Shown: one piece after another, positions 48,514 to 59,263 of the stretch
Position numbering within the stretch: position 1 is the first letter of the stretch
Layout: each line of letters starts with the position of its first letter
DNA from: Patescibacteria group bacterium
GTDB lineage: Bacteria; Patescibacteriota; Minisyncoccia; JAHIHE01; JAGLIN01
Length of the DNA stretch: 64,000 nucleotides
Direction: 5' to 3'
Assembly (NCBI GenBank): GCA_029210775.1
Contig: JARGGI010000002.1
Coordinates: forward strand, 76,478-140,477
Position numbers and translations under genes: made by a program
The notes under the pieces: generated by a model
What the model was told of the DNA's origin: nothing
Databases searched by the model: none
The model's input: only the letters and a program-made list of their open reading frames with translations

Positions 48514-50826
48514 TTATTCAGATTCCTCATCTTCAAATTCTTCATACTCATCTTCTTCCACCGTAACATAAACTTCTCTAGGCTTTGCTCCATTTGTAGG
48601 ACCAATAATCCCTTTATCTTCCATCAAATCAAGTAATCGAGCAGCGCGTGCATACCCAATACTAAGTCTTCGTTGAAGAAGCGAAGCAGAAGCCTTTTCT
48701 GCCTTTTTTACAAGTTCAACCGCTTCATCAAATTTATCATCATCAACATCACTTGAATCAGATGATGAATCAAATAGAGTTTTTCTGGTTTCTGTTATTT
48801 CTTCGTTATATTCTACTTCTTCTTCCTTTTGACCTTTCAAAAATTCTACCACTTCTTTCACTTCTTCTTCGGAAATAAAAACTCCTTGAATTCTTTTTGG
48901 TTTATTTGAATCACTAGATAGATAAAGCATATCTCCGCTTCCAAGAAGTTTTTCTGCCCCAGACATATCAAGGATTGTTCTTGAATCGATCTGACTTGCA
49001 ACTTGAAAGGCAATTCTATTAGTTATGTTTGCTTTGATAAGTCCTGTTATAACTTCAACTGATGGCCTCTGAGTTGAAAGAACTAAATGAATTCCTACAG
49101 CCCTTGCCATCTGAGACAGTCTTACAATTGCAGCCTCAACTTCCCTGCCATGCGTCGCCATAAGATCAGCTAATTCATCAATAACAACTACAATATAGGG
49201 CAATAGGTCTCTCTGCTTATATTTTGTTCTTACGGCATTATTATAAGATTCAATATTTCTACAACCAAGATCGCTCAAAGTTTCATATCTTTTTTCCATT
49301 TCGGTAGTTGCCCATTTTAAAGAATTAACCGCTTTTTCAGGATCAGTAATAACTGGAGTTAGAAGATGAGGTATTTCATTATAAGGAGTAAGTTCAACTC
49401 TTTTTGGATCCACCATAATAAATTTAAGCATTTCAGGAGAATTTTGAAAAAGAAGACCTACTATTAAAGTATTTATGCAAACTGTTTTTCCACTTCCCGT
49501 TGAACCAGCAATCATAAGATGGGGCATTTTATCAAGATTAGCCAGAATCGCATTCCCTGCAACATCTCTACCCAAAACAATACTTAAATCCGATTTTTTA
49601 GTTTTAAACTCAGAAGAATTTATTATATTTTTTAACCTTACCATAGCAACAGATTGATTTGGAAGTTCCATGCCAATCCATGATCTTCCAGGAATTGGTG
49701 CTTCCATTCTCAATGATCTTGCCGCTAAAGCAAGTGCTAAATCATTTTGAAGTGAAGTTATCCTACTTAACTTAATTCCTTCTGCCGGTTTTAGAGTGTA
49801 TTGAGTAACAGTTGGACCAACATTTACCTCTCCCATCGTCACCTCAATACCGAAATTTAAAAGTGTTCTTTTTATAATATTTGAATTAGCTTTAATATCT
49901 CCACTTGTTGGCTCGCTGTCTTTTCCTTCCAATAAACCAAGGGGTGGAATTTCCCAATTTTTTATTGTTTTTATAGGTTTATTCAAATCATTCTCAAAAT
50001 TATTTTCTTCATCACTTATATTATCATCTTCAATGTCTTTATTTTTATCATATTCCTCATTGTCCATATCATCCTCATCCCCAATTGACTTAACAGAAAA
50101 TTCAGGCTTTTTCCTATTCTTCTTAATTCGATTTGTAAGAGAAAAAAGCATTCCTTTCTTTTTTTCTTTCTCTTCTTTTTCTTCTTCTTTTCTTACTGAC
50201 ATATTAATTTTAATGTCTTCTTCATCTTCTTCTTTATTATATTCCTTATTATCATCCTCTTTCTGAACTAAATCTTCCTTATTTTTTGTAATCCTTATTT
50301 TACCTAATAAATCCACAAAAGAAACATTGAGTGTTAAAAGCAAAGAAATTAAAAAAAGCGCAAAAATAATAACTAGCGCTCCCCACTTTCCAATTAGACT
50401 CACCAATAACCAAGCAATAGTTGCTCCGATAATTCCACCATTGCCACCAGCTTTTGCAATTTCAAACATATTTTCAGGAATAATAAAAATATGCATAAAA
50501 GAAAGCACAGAAAAAATCATAATTACCATTCCTAAAAAAGAAGTTCTACTTTCAACAATATCTTCAGATTTAATCGTTTTTAATCCCCACAAAACTAAAG
50601 CAAATGGGACTAAAAGAAAACCCCATCCAAATAATAATTTTACAATTTTGCTTAAATTTATTCCAAAACCACCTGCTAAATTCATAAAACTTAATATGCT
50701 TATCAAAGCTAAAACAAAAAGAAATATGCCGAGTACATCTTTTTTTATCTCAGCACTTATTTCAATTTCTGGAAATGTAAATTTTGAACCGTCATATCCT
50801 CTTTTTTTTCTTCTTTTTCTCGTCAT
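48514..50826 (-). CDS. ftsK: DNA translocase FtsK/SpoIIIE
   Basis: 4 TM segments, PHLMIAGSTGSGKT, DELADLM, TQRPS, gamma domain LQRRLSIGYARAAR. Confidence 0.97.
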   Translation of the reverse strand: MTRKRRKKRGYDGSKFTFPEIEISAEIKKDVLGIFLFVLALISILSFMNLAGGFGINLSKIVKLLFGWGFLLVPFALVLWGLKTIKSEDIVESRTSFLGMVIMIFSVLSFMHIFIIPENMFEIAKAGGNGGIIGATIAWLLVSLIGKWGALVIIFALFLISLLLTLNVSFVDLLGKIRITKNKEDLVQKEDDNKEYNKEEDEEDIKINMSVRKEEEKEEKEKKKGMLFSLTNRIKKNRKKPEFSVKSIGDEDDMDNEEYDKNKDIEDDNISDEENNFENDLNKPIKTIKNWEIPPLGLLEGKDSEPTSGDIKANSNIIKRTLLNFGIEVTMGEVNVGPTVTQYTLKPAEGIKLSRITSLQNDLALALAARSLRMEAPIPGRSWIGMELPNQSVAMVRLKNIINSSEFKTKKSDLSIVLGRDVAGNAILANLDKMPHLMIAGSTGSGKTVCINTLIVGLLFQNSPEMLKFIMVDPKRVELTPYNEIPHLLTPVITDPEKAVNSLKWATTEMEKRYETLSDLGCRNIESYNNAVRTKYKQRDLLPYIVVVIDELADLMATHGREVEAAIVRLSQMARAVGIHLVLSTQRPSVEVITGLIKANITNRIAFQVASQIDSRTILDMSGAEKLLGSGDMLYLSSDSNKPKRIQGVFISEEEVKEVVEFLKGQKEEEVEYNEEITETRKTLFDSSSDSSDVDDDKFDEAVELVKKAEKASASLLQRRLSIGYARAARLLDLMEDKGIIGPTNGAKPREVYVTVEEDEYEEFEDEESE

Positions 50827-50892
50827 ATATTAGTTTCTCTTAACTTATTTACTATATCATTATAGCTTAAAAAAGCTTCTGAGGCAAAAAAA

Positions 50893-51160
50893 TGTATTAG
50901 TCCAACACATTCTGGACAATAAATTATTATTTATCATATAGTCTATGGGGGATGTTAAATTTAAACTCCAGTGGTATCTTTTCGTATTATACCATATTAA
51001 CCTGTTCACCAGTTTATGATTGAATTCGTTTGTATCTTGCAGTAATGATTTATTTAAATCAACATTTTTTTCTTGAGTGGTTTGGCTGTATTTTTCAATA
51101 TGTTCGTTTCTGTATAGCCGTCTATCGTAATTCCAATAGTGAGTCACCTTTTTTCTTTTA
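50893..51160 (-). mobile_element. IS481-family transposase 3' relic with terminal TGT
   Basis: HYWNY..RNEHIEKY..T.QE...FN.KL...LIWYNTKRYHWSL resembles an integrase-core C-terminus; element end tgtattagtccaaca at 50893. Confidence 0.65.
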
Positions 51161-51282
51161 CTTTGAATTACGAAACGATATATTATTACTTTACGAATTT
51201 AATTTCGGGATTGCCATGCTTCGCTCGCAATGACAGGGAAAAAACATTGTCGTTGCGAGAATGAACGACGAAGCAATCTCGA
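51161..51282. repeat. Solo MITE TIR followed by back-to-back palindromic element arms
   Basis: ctttgaattacgaaac; cgggattgccatgcttcgctcgcaatgaca; tgtcgttgcgag..cgacgaagcaatctcg. Confidence 0.7.
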
Positions 51283-51417
51283 GTCTAAAAATTAGGCTTA
51301 ATAGTAAATATATGTAAAATTAATCAATTTTATAAATGCAATTAATATCTCGAAAGACATAAAATAAATGACCCGATAATGGGCCATCTATTATATTTAA
51401 ATTTTTATAATCTCATT

Positions 51418-54400
51418 TCACTCTTTTCGATCAATATTTCTGAAATATCCCGTTCCGGAAGGAATCAATCTTCCAATAATAACATTTTCTTTTAATCCTC
51501 TGAGTTTGTCTTCTTTTCCAGTAGTTGCTGCTCCTATAAGAACTCGGGCAGTTTCTTGGAATGAAGCAGATGACAAAAAGCTTTCTGTAGTAAGAGATGC
51601 TTTCGTAATTCCTAATAGCAATTGTTCGGCAGTTGCTGAATCTTTAATAGTATCAGTTATTTCTTTATTTTCTTTGTTTTCATTTTCAATAATTTCATTA
51701 GCCTCAAGGAGTTGAGCTTTTTCAACAATATCACCTATCAAGAGGTTCGTATTTCCAGGATTTTTAATTTTTACCCTTGAAAGCATTTGCCTAATTATAA
51801 TTTCAATATGCTTATCATCTATTCCTTCTCCTTGAGAAGTATAAACTTGCTGCACTTCTTTTGTGATATATTTTTGAATTTCTTCAATGCCTTTCAAATT
51901 AAACAGCTCGTGAATATCAACATGTCCTTCTACTATCTGTTGTCCGGCAAGTATAAGTTCATCTTTCTTGACTAAAATTGAAGTATCCTTGTCAATTACA
52001 TAACTTTTAACATCTTCCACCTTTTCGTTTTCAGCAATCTCTTCTGCTGTCGGCTTGAATTTAATATGAATAATTCTTGAATCTTGTGTTTCTTCAATCT
52101 CTTGAACTTTTCCATCAACCTCCGAAATTAATGCCTTGCCTTTTGGAAGCCTTGCTTCAAATATTTCTTCAACACGAGGAAGACCTTGAGTAATATCTTT
52201 TCCAGCAACACCTCCGCTATGGAATGTTCTCATAGTAAGCTGAGTTCCTGGCTCTCCAATAGCTTGTGCTGTAACAATTCCTACAGCCTGACCAATTTCC
52301 ACCAATTTATTTTTTCCAAGATCATATCCATAACATTTCTGACACACTCCTCTTTTGGCCTTGCATTTTATAATACTTCTAATCCAAATTCTCTCTATTC
52401 CTTCTTTTTCAATCTTTTCTGCATCAATTTTACTTATCTGCTGTCCAGCTTTTACAATAACATTTTTACTCTTAGAGCTCTTTATATCTTTAAGAGCTGT
52501 TCTTCCTCTCAATCTCATCGATACAGTTCTACCAATATCTAAATGTTCACTTGCAATAACCTCTGTTCCTTCTGTATCATGACAATCTATCTCATGAATA
52601 ATTACATCTTGAGCAACATCAACAAGTCTTCTAGTTAAATAGCCTGCTGTCGAAGTTCTAAGAGCAGTATCTGCCATTCCTTTTCTTGTTCCATGAGTAG
52701 AAATGAAATATTCCAATACATTAAAACCTTCTTTAAAACTACTCTTAATTGGAAGTTCAATTGTTTCTCCAGATGGATTTACAACCAAACCCTTCATACC
52801 ACCCATCTGAGTTATAACAGCCCAATTACTTCTTGCTCCTGAGTTAATCATATATGCTACTGGACTTTCTTCTCCAATGGTCTTAGGAATTTCCTGAGAA
52901 ATTTTGTCTTTAATTTCGTTCCAAACTTCAATTGATTTTATTCTTCTTTCATTCTCTGTAAGCAATCCTTCATCATATTGTTCTCTGATTTCATCAATTT
53001 TTTTATCCCCTTCTTTAAAAAGTTTTTTCTTTATATTCGGAATTTTTACATCATCCATTCCCCAGCTTAATCCAGATTTAGTTGCATATTTAAATCCAAG
53101 AGATTTTATGCTATCAATCAATAATACCGTTTTTTCTTCTCCAATTTTTTCCAACGAATTTGCAATAAGAGTTTTCAGAGCACTTGAATCCATAACCTCG
53201 TTCATAAACATAAGTTCTTCTGGCAAAGACTGATTGAAAATTATACGTCCTACGGAAGTTTTAATAAGAGACTCCTTTTTATTGTTTGAATTTTTTCTTG
53301 AAGAATTTTTCCATGAATTATTTTTCAGTTTGATTTCTGACCGAAGATTGATTAAACCAAGCTCATAAGAAACTACTGCTTCTTCAAAAGAATTAAAAGC
53401 TTTTCCCTCGCCCTTTTCACCAGGCAAAATCTTTGTCATATAATAGCAACCCAAAACTATATCCTGAGAAGGAACCACAATCGGTTCTCCCGTTGCTGGC
53501 TTTAGCAAGTTTTTTGAAGAAAGCATAATTTCTTGTGACTCTCGCTGTGCTTCTTTTGTAAGAGGAAGATGAACTGCCATTTGATCTCCATCAAAATCCG
53601 CATTAAAAGCCTTACAAACCATAGGATGAATTTGAATTGCTTTTCCTTCAATCAATACTGGATAGAAGGCTTGAATACCAAGACGATGTAAAGTAGGAGC
53701 ACGATTTAAAAGCACCGCCTTGTTTTGAATCACTTCTTCTAAAATATCCCATACTTCTGTAATTCCTTGCTCAATTAATTTGTTCGCACTTCTCACATTA
53801 TACGCAAAATCTCTTTCAATAAGCTCCTTCATTACGAAAGGCTTAAAAAGCTCCAAGGCCATTTTCTTTGGAAGTCCACATTGACTGAGTTTCAATGTCG
53901 GTCCAATTATAATTACTGAACGAGCAGAATAATCAACACGCTTTCCTAAAAGATTTTGTCTAAATCTCCCCTGTTTTCCTTTAAGCATGTCTGCAAGAGA
54001 TCTTAATTGTCTTCTTTTTCCAGTGGCTGCCATTGTTGCCTGCCCTCTTCTGGCAGAATTATCAATTAAGGCGTCAACTGCTTCTTGAAGCATTCTTTTT
54101 TCGTTTCTTGAGATAACTTCAGGCGCTCCAAGCTCTATAAGTTTCTTTAGACGATTATTTCTATTTATAACTCTTCTATACAAATCATTTAAATCAGAAG
54201 TTGCAAACCTCCCACCATCCAACTGAACCATTGGTCTAAGATCTGGTGGAATAACTGGAATAACAGTTAAACACATCCAATCAGGTTTTATATTCGCTTT
54301 CACAAAACCCTGAACAAGACGCAATCTTTTCATCATTTTTTTTCTTTGAGCAGATGTTTTTGGAAGTTGATTTATTTCTTTTTCAAGTCTTTGAGCTAAT

Positions 54401-55101
54401 TTTTTCAAATCGATATTTTGCAAAACTTGTTTAATTGCCTGAGTTCCAATATCCGCCTTAAAAACTGAAGCATATTTCAAAGAAAGATTTCTATATTCAA
54501 TTTCAGAAATAACCTTAAGTCTTTTGATACTTTTTAATTCTTCCTTTGCCTTGTCTCTTGCCTCTTTAATTTCATTAATTTGAGGAATAGTTAGCTTTTC
54601 TTTTCCACTTTTTACTTTTGATTTATATTCAGCTTCAATTTGATCAAAAATCACTTTTCTTTCTTCTTCGTTAACATCTATTATCAAATAACTTGCAAAA
54701 TAAATAACTCTCTCCAGCTCCTGAATAGACATATTAAGTATTAATCCAACGCTTGAAGGGACGCCTCTTAAAAACCAAACATGAGATATTGGTACGGCCA
54801 ATTTTATGTGTCCCATTCTATCTCTTCTTACTATAGATTTTGTAACCTCTACACCACACTTGTCACAAACAATTCCTTTATATCTTATCCTTTTATATTT
54901 TCCACAATAACATTCCCAATCTTTTGTTGGCCCAAATATTTTTTCACAAAATAGCCCATCTTTTTCAGGTCTTTGCGTTCTATAATTTATTGTTTCTGGT
55001 TTCAAAACTTCCCCAAATGACCAATCCAAAATATTTTCAGGGCTAGCAATAGTGAGTTTTACGGCTTCAAAATCTTCAACTTTTGTACCTATATTTGACA
55101 T
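51418..55101 (-). CDS. rpoC: RNA polymerase beta' subunit
   Basis: KPETINYRT, NADFDGD, GEPGTQLTMRTFH. Confidence 0.99.
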   Translation of the reverse strand: MSNIGTKVEDFEAVKLTIASPENILDWSFGEVLKPETINYRTQRPEKDGLFCEKIFGPTKDWECYCGKYKRIRYKGIVCDKCGVEVTKSIVRRDRMGHIKLAVPISHVWFLRGVPSSVGLILNMSIQELERVIYFASYLIIDVNEEERKVIFDQIEAEYKSKVKSGKEKLTIPQINEIKEARDKAKEELKSIKRLKVISEIEYRNLSLKYASVFKADIGTQAIKQVLQNIDLKKLAQRLEKEINQLPKTSAQRKKMMKRLRLVQGFVKANIKPDWMCLTVIPVIPPDLRPMVQLDGGRFATSDLNDLYRRVINRNNRLKKLIELGAPEVISRNEKRMLQEAVDALIDNSARRGQATMAATGKRRQLRSLADMLKGKQGRFRQNLLGKRVDYSARSVIIIGPTLKLSQCGLPKKMALELFKPFVMKELIERDFAYNVRSANKLIEQGITEVWDILEEVIQNKAVLLNRAPTLHRLGIQAFYPVLIEGKAIQIHPMVCKAFNADFDGDQMAVHLPLTKEAQRESQEIMLSSKNLLKPATGEPIVVPSQDIVLGCYYMTKILPGEKGEGKAFNSFEEAVVSYELGLINLRSEIKLKNNSWKNSSRKNSNNKKESLIKTSVGRIIFNQSLPEELMFMNEVMDSSALKTLIANSLEKIGEEKTVLLIDSIKSLGFKYATKSGLSWGMDDVKIPNIKKKLFKEGDKKIDEIREQYDEGLLTENERRIKSIEVWNEIKDKISQEIPKTIGEESPVAYMINSGARSNWAVITQMGGMKGLVVNPSGETIELPIKSSFKEGFNVLEYFISTHGTRKGMADTALRTSTAGYLTRRLVDVAQDVIIHEIDCHDTEGTEVIASEHLDIGRTVSMRLRGRTALKDIKSSKSKNVIVKAGQQISKIDAEKIEKEGIERIWIRSIIKCKAKRGVCQKCYGYDLGKNKLVEIGQAVGIVTAQAIGEPGTQLTMRTFHSGGVAGKDITQGLPRVEEIFEARLPKGKALISEVDGKVQEIEETQDSRIIHIKFKPTAEEIAENEKVEDVKSYVIDKDTSILVKKDELILAGQQIVEGHVDIHELFNLKGIEEIQKYITKEVQQVYTSQGEGIDDKHIEIIIRQMLSRVKIKNPGNTNLLIGDIVEKAQLLEANEIIENENKENKEITDTIKDSATAEQLLLGITKASLTTESFLSSASFQETARVLIGAATTGKEDKLRGLKENVIIGRLIPSGTGYFRNIDRKE

Positions 55102-55157
55102 ATATTTAGAACTTAATGTTTATAACAAATGAAAAAATTTATCTTGGTTTTTTATTT

Positions 55158-58100
55158 TTACTCTATCGCCGTTTTTTCTTCTTTTTCTTGTTTATTTTCT
55201 CTATCTTCATCATTCTCATTTTCTTCTTTTTCTTCTTTTTGCTTTGCCCCAACAAGTTCTACATTCAAACTAAGAGCCTTTAATTCATTAACTAAAACAT
55301 GAAATGAAGCAGGTATATGAGGGCTTTTTATAGATTCACCTTTAATAATTGATTCATATGCTTTTGATCTTCCTAATACATCATCTGATTTGATGGTCAA
55401 CACTTCTTGCAAAGTATTTGCAGCTCCATGCCCCTCAAGCGCCCAAACTTCCATCTCTCCAAATCTCTGACCTCCAAATTGAGCTTTTCCTCCGAGTGGT
55501 TGCTGTGTTATCAGAGAGTAAGGACCAATTGAACGCATATGAATCTTGTCTTCAACAAGATGATTTAATTTCAATATATATGTAATTCCAACAGTTGATT
55601 TATTATCAAATTTTTTACCAGTTTTTCCATCAAAAAGTTGAACCTTACCATCTTCAGGAAGTCCAGCTTTTTTTAGTTCTTCTTTTATCTGCTGTTCTGT
55701 AACACCAGCAAGTGACTGACAAGCAACTTTATATCCTAATTTACTTGCCGCCCAACCAAGATGAGTTTCAAGAATTTGCCCTATATTCATACGAGATGCA
55801 ACTCCAAGAGGATTCAAAATTATATCAACTGTAGATCCATCCTCAAGATATGGCATATCTTCCATTGGAAGAATTGTCGAAATAACACCTTTATTTCCAT
55901 GTCTTCCAGCTAATTTATCTCCTACTTGAATTTTTCGAAGTTGTGCAACACTCACTTGAATTTTCTTTATCACTCCACTGGAAAGTTTATCTCCTTGCTC
56001 TCTTGAAAAAATCTTAACATCTACAACCTTTCCCTGTTCCCCATGTTGCAAATATAAAGAAGTGTCTTTCACATCTCTTGCTTTTTCACCAAAAATAGAC
56101 CGCAATAATCTTTCTTCTGCAGTTAAATCACTCTCTCCTTTTGGAGTAATTTTTCCAACCAAAATGTCACCAGATCTTACTTCTGCTCCAATTCTAATAA
56201 TTCCATCTTCATCTAAATCTTTGAGTTTTTCTTCTCCAACATTAGGAATGTCTCTAGTTATAACTTCTGGACCAAGCTTTGTGTCACGAACATCAATTGA
56301 AAAATCCTCAATATGAATTGAACTAAACCTATCATCTTCAACAACCCTTTGAGAAAGTATTATAGCATCTTCAAAATTACATCCTCCCCAAGACATAAAA
56401 GCTACTTTTAAATTTTGACCAAGGGCAATTTCTCCATTTTCAGTTCCAGAGCCATCAGCAAGAAGGTCTCCTTTCTTTATTTTTTGTCCCTTTCTAACTC
56501 TTGGGTATTGAGTCATACATGTTGCTGCATTTGATCTGACAAAATTATATAAATCATAATTTTCAACTTTGGAGTCAGAATTTTTAATTTTTATATGAGA
56601 TCCATCAACTTCAATTACTTCTCCATCTTTTTGTGCAAGCACAACATGACCAGAATCAATTGCAGTTCTTTTTTCAAGTCCAGTTCCAATTATAGGAGAC
56701 TGAGATGAAATACAAGTAACTGCTTGTCGTTGCATGTTCGAACCCATCAAAGCTCTATGCGCATCGTCATGTTCAAGAAAAGGAATCAGAGATGTTGCAA
56801 CACTAATAGCTTGATTTGAAGAAATATCCATAAAATTAACCTTCTCCGCTTCAGTAATTCCAGGATTTCCCTTAATTCTTGCTTGAATTTCTTTTTGCAC
56901 AAACTTCTTGCTATTATCATCATATGGAACACTAGCATGAGCAATAATAGATTCTTCTTCTTGTGTAGCGTCTAAATATATTATTTCATCTGTTACTTTT
57001 CCATTTTTAACTTTTATGTACGGTGTTTCCAAAAATCCATAATCATTAATTTTTCCATAAAGAGCAAGATGACCAACCAAACCGATATTCGGTCCTTCTG
57101 GAGTTTGAATTGGACAAACTCTTCCATAATGACTACGGTGCACATCACGAACTTCAAATCCAGCCCTTTCCCTTGTAAGTCCGCCAGGACCCATTGCAGA
57201 AAGTCGTCTTTTATGTTCAAGTTCAGCGAGTGGATTTACTTGATCCATAAATTGACATAATTGAGAAGACATAAAAAATTCTCTAATCACTGCAATAAGA
57301 GGTCTAGTATTTATAAGCTGAGAAGGCGTGACAGTGTTTATATCAAGAGTACTCATTCTGTCTTTTATATTTCTTTCAACTCTCATAAAGCCAAGTCTAA
57401 ATCTTTCCTGAACAAGTTCTCCAACTGTTCTAACTCTTCTATTTCCAAGATGATCAATATCATCTCCCTTAGCATTTAAAGTATTGTTAAGTCTTATTAT
57501 TTCCTTAATTGTTAAAACCAAATCACTTAATTGAAATACTCTATTTAAAACAGTATCTTCCAAATTAGCATCAAGTCTTTGGTTTATCTTATGTCTTCCA
57601 ACTTTTCCAAGATCATATCTGTCAAATTTAAAAAACATTCCTTCAATTAGTTGCCTAGCATTATCAGCAGTTGCAAGATCTCCTGGCCTTATTCTTTTAT
57701 AAACTTCAATAAATCCTTCGCCTTGTGTTTTTGCAACATCTTTTTTTATAGTTTCTTTTATAAATTTTATATTTCCAGTATCACTGTCTGAAAAAAGCTC
57801 TAATATTTTTTCATCTGATCCAAGTCCGAAAGCTCTCAAAAGAGAAGTAACGGCTACTTTTCGCTTTTTATCTATTTTAACAAAAATAGCACCGCTTGCT
57901 TCTGTTTCAACTTCAAGCCATGCTCCTCTGGTTGGAATTAATTTTGCTCCAAAATATCTTTTATCTTCTTTTTCAGAAGAAACACTAAAAAATATTCCAG
58001 GAGATTTAATAAGTTGACTTACAACAACTCTCTCAACACCATTAATAATAAAAGTTCCACGATCTGTCATCAAGGGGAACTCTCCAAAATAAATTTCTTG

Positions 58101-58430
58101 CTCTTTTTTAATTTTATCTTTTTCACTTGCAAGTTTCACTTTACATCGAAGTGGCGCCTCAAAAGATAAATTTTTCTTTTTTGAAGTTTCCTCATTATAT
58201 TTTGGAGTATCAAGATAATAATCAATAAAATCAAGACTTATGTCTTTATTAAAACTAATAATAGGAGAAACCTCTTCCAACAACTCTTTCAAGCCCTTTT
58301 CGATAAACCATTTATAAGATGTAATTTGAGCTTCTATGAGATAGGGCGGAGCCATTGGTTCTCCCGTCTCATGAAAATATTTTCTGCTTGTTTTTAGATT
58401 TGTCTTTTCTTTTGTTGTTGGCATAGACAT
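55158..58430 (-). CDS. rpoB: RNA polymerase beta subunit
   Basis: FIINGVERV, TPEGPNIGL, GDKLAGRHGNKG, GQRFGEMEVWALE. Confidence 0.99.
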   Translation of the reverse strand: MSMPTTKEKTNLKTSRKYFHETGEPMAPPYLIEAQITSYKWFIEKGLKELLEEVSPIISFNKDISLDFIDYYLDTPKYNEETSKKKNLSFEAPLRCKVKLASEKDKIKKEQEIYFGEFPLMTDRGTFIINGVERVVVSQLIKSPGIFFSVSSEKEDKRYFGAKLIPTRGAWLEVETEASGAIFVKIDKKRKVAVTSLLRAFGLGSDEKILELFSDSDTGNIKFIKETIKKDVAKTQGEGFIEVYKRIRPGDLATADNARQLIEGMFFKFDRYDLGKVGRHKINQRLDANLEDTVLNRVFQLSDLVLTIKEIIRLNNTLNAKGDDIDHLGNRRVRTVGELVQERFRLGFMRVERNIKDRMSTLDINTVTPSQLINTRPLIAVIREFFMSSQLCQFMDQVNPLAELEHKRRLSAMGPGGLTRERAGFEVRDVHRSHYGRVCPIQTPEGPNIGLVGHLALYGKINDYGFLETPYIKVKNGKVTDEIIYLDATQEEESIIAHASVPYDDNSKKFVQKEIQARIKGNPGITEAEKVNFMDISSNQAISVATSLIPFLEHDDAHRALMGSNMQRQAVTCISSQSPIIGTGLEKRTAIDSGHVVLAQKDGEVIEVDGSHIKIKNSDSKVENYDLYNFVRSNAATCMTQYPRVRKGQKIKKGDLLADGSGTENGEIALGQNLKVAFMSWGGCNFEDAIILSQRVVEDDRFSSIHIEDFSIDVRDTKLGPEVITRDIPNVGEEKLKDLDEDGIIRIGAEVRSGDILVGKITPKGESDLTAEERLLRSIFGEKARDVKDTSLYLQHGEQGKVVDVKIFSREQGDKLSSGVIKKIQVSVAQLRKIQVGDKLAGRHGNKGVISTILPMEDMPYLEDGSTVDIILNPLGVASRMNIGQILETHLGWAASKLGYKVACQSLAGVTEQQIKEELKKAGLPEDGKVQLFDGKTGKKFDNKSTVGITYILKLNHLVEDKIHMRSIGPYSLITQQPLGGKAQFGGQRFGEMEVWALEGHGAANTLQEVLTIKSDDVLGRSKAYESIIKGESIKSPHIPASFHVLVNELKALSLNVELVGAKQKEEKEENENDEDRENKQEKEEKTAIE

Positions 58431-58499
58431 ATATTAAAAAAATAAACTTGTTAATAAATTATATAAAAAATTAAATAAAAAATTGAAATTTAATTTCAA

Positions 58500-58642
58500 A
58501 GACACAAAAACAAGCCTAAACAGCAAACACTGCAGGCATAAAATACATCCTTTCTTATTTGATGATTGTTTGAATCATAAATTGAATTGTTGACTTGAAT
58601 ACCAAGTAATTTTTATTATATACAATATAAAAATATTGTCAA
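58500..58642 (-). promoter_or_regulatory. rpoBC promoter and leader with an attenuator-like hairpin
   Basis: TTGACA-N16-TATAAT (58642-58615); hairpin gcctgcagt/gctgtttaggc then ttgtttttgtgtc. Confidence 0.6.
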
Positions 58643-58850
58643 GGAAAATGTGGCTCTACACTAATAACTGTGGTGGATAACTAAAGAAGTGGTAGAATTA
58701 TATTGATAAATTAACAATTCACACCGCTCCTATCAAAAATGATATTATAAAACTGTTTTTAGATGTCAATCCTGGGTGACGACAGTAAGAGTCAAGAGAT
58801 CCCTCTTAATCATGTTAAATCTTATCAAATATCAATTCCCAGATAAGAGC

Positions 58851-58942
58851 GATTTAACAAGGATGCTTTGTATCTTGTAGGATGTCTGTTTGGCTTTACG
58901 CATTTGCGTATAAAGATGCCCCACAAGATGCAGGGCATTCTC
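58851..58942. repeat. Inverted pair of REP-like units (third unit at 44470-44505)
   Basis: Consensus gatgccccacaagatgcagggcatcctcgttaaatc; each unit is an internal hairpin. Confidence 0.6.
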
Positions 58943-58975
58943 AAAACAACTTTAGACTATAAAAAAACAACCTTG

Positions 58976-59097
58976 CCTTGAATTATGAAATAGCTAAATT
59001 TGTTATAGTGAGCTTGTCGAACTATGATAAATTTGATGCATTTTCTACCCTTCGACAAGCTCAGGGTGACAAATATATTGAATTTCGTAATTCAAAG
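58976..59097. mobile_element. MITE copy 2 (122 bp) with a 7-bp target-site duplication
   Basis: TIRs ccttgaattatgaaat/atttcgtaattcaaag; aaccttg on both sides. Confidence 0.85.
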
Positions 59098-59263
59098 AAC
59101 CTTGTCATATTTCGTTTCGCTACGACCGGAATGACAGTTATAAATTATTATTTTCTTTAATATAAAACTACATAACTAAAGTCATGTTAGCTTTTGCTCC
59201 ACTTCTATACTTCAACCACCACACATTTTGACAAAGAGCTGTAATTTAAACAAGACAAGCAAT

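Noticed and set aside
58978-59160. 60-aa ORF
   Set aside because: It is a translation of the MITE.
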